DNA of 64,000 nucleotides from Paraspadella gotoi. Taxonomy: Eukaryota; Animalia; Chaetognatha. The DNA lies in the NCBI GenBank assembly GCA_051294375.1, contig CM119271.1:8175788-8239787 (forward strand), given 5' to 3'. Numbering within the stretch: position 1 is the stretch's first letter; each line of letters opens with the position of its first letter. A program made the position numbers and the translations under genes. Shown here piece by piece: positions 63,005 to 64,000 of the stretch. Below the pieces are notes generated by a model. The model worked only from the letters and a program-made list of their open reading frames with translations. It did no database searches and was not told where the DNA came from.

Positions 63005-64000
63005 AATATTTATTTTATATATTTAATTATTTGTTTAATTTAATTTAATTGATTTGTTTATACGTACTTAATTATTTACCACTGCAAAAAGATGATTTAT
63101 AAGAAATAGGTTCCGTTTAGATATAATCAGTTTTTCGTTTGGTTTCTGTTTTGAATTTCTTTCGTTTTATATATAATATGTCTTATATTGCCTTTGTCAA
63201 ATCAAATTTTCATCCACAAATGCGACGACCACGACGAAGACGACAACGACGACGACTAACTACCAATACAAACACAACGGAGGCCATCGAAAAACGGAGA
63301 ACAACGACAACAATAATCTCCAATAATCGAGAGGATTTTACGAAAATGCAACGTTGCAAAGGCAAAGAGTTATTGGAGAAAGACGACGTCGACGAATACG
63401 ACGACGATGACGACGACTGAACCACCTTTATTGTTATGAACGCGCTAAAGGGTCTCAAAACCCTAGGAGACGTGGTCGAACCCACGCACGCGCTCTTTAT
63501 TCGTCGCCTTGTGGATTCGGAAAGGGGCTGGCTTCGCCGAGCATCTTGGATCGACGCGTGGCTGGGATTTTTACCCGCCATTTGCTATCATTTGAGAGTA
63601 ACAGTAAAAGTTTAGGTTCTTTAAATTAGTAATCGAGAAATACAAAAATTAGCCGGGTTTAAGGTCCTTGATGTACTCAGATATCTCAAAACTATCACTA
63701 TCGAGAAAACCAACCAACGCTAGTTTTGGATATTCTCTCAACCCCCGTGGGATCGCTTCAGCCTTTTCCCGACCTCCGCCAAAGCTTCGTTGTTTATTTC
63801 TAGTCCAGTTCTTTGGTTTTTAGTTATTTTGGACTCCATTACCTTCTTTGGAACTCCTCTTCGGCTCCTCCGTTAGCCCCAATGCTCAACCCCATAGCCT
63901 CGCTCCCCCACCTCAACGGGACTAATGTTCTTGAGGAGACCGTTAATTGTTAACTCGGTGCTCTGTTCCAAAAACCTGGCTAAAAATCGGTATTCCAGTC

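Overview
Animal-type eukaryotic draft scaffold (invertebrate-like, by inference). It is AT-rich, dense in (GA/CT)n and (GAC)n microsatellites, and has many N gaps. Several kb-scale near-tandem duplications differ mostly by 1-nt indels, which points to noisy long-read gap filling or uncollapsed haplotypes. Almost all ORFs in the track are microsatellite or gap artefacts. Supported genes: one RING-CH (MARCH-type) two-TM E3 ligase ORF (16218-17612, N-terminus uncertain) and one intact tRNA-Ala(TGC), plus an indel-ridden duplicate. The most informative signal is non-coding. (1) Penelope-like pseudo-LTR fold-backs carry minimal type I hammerhead ribozymes: two intact cores at 42450-42493 and 43500-43543, and core-mutated ones near 5.5 and 7.0 kb. 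(2) Six insertions of ~230-260 bp LTR-like units each have an exact 4-bp TSD, and most contain a tRNA-like Pol III module and conserved hairpins (Helenus/TRIM-like). (3) A CCA-containing 3' half of tRNA-Leu lies downstream of a TATA promoter. (4) Also present are a Helentron/DINE-1-type element, two MITE families (one present in only one copy of a duplicated block, with a 9-bp TSD) and a 55-bp minisatellite with higher-order structure. All calls were made by eye; no searches were run.
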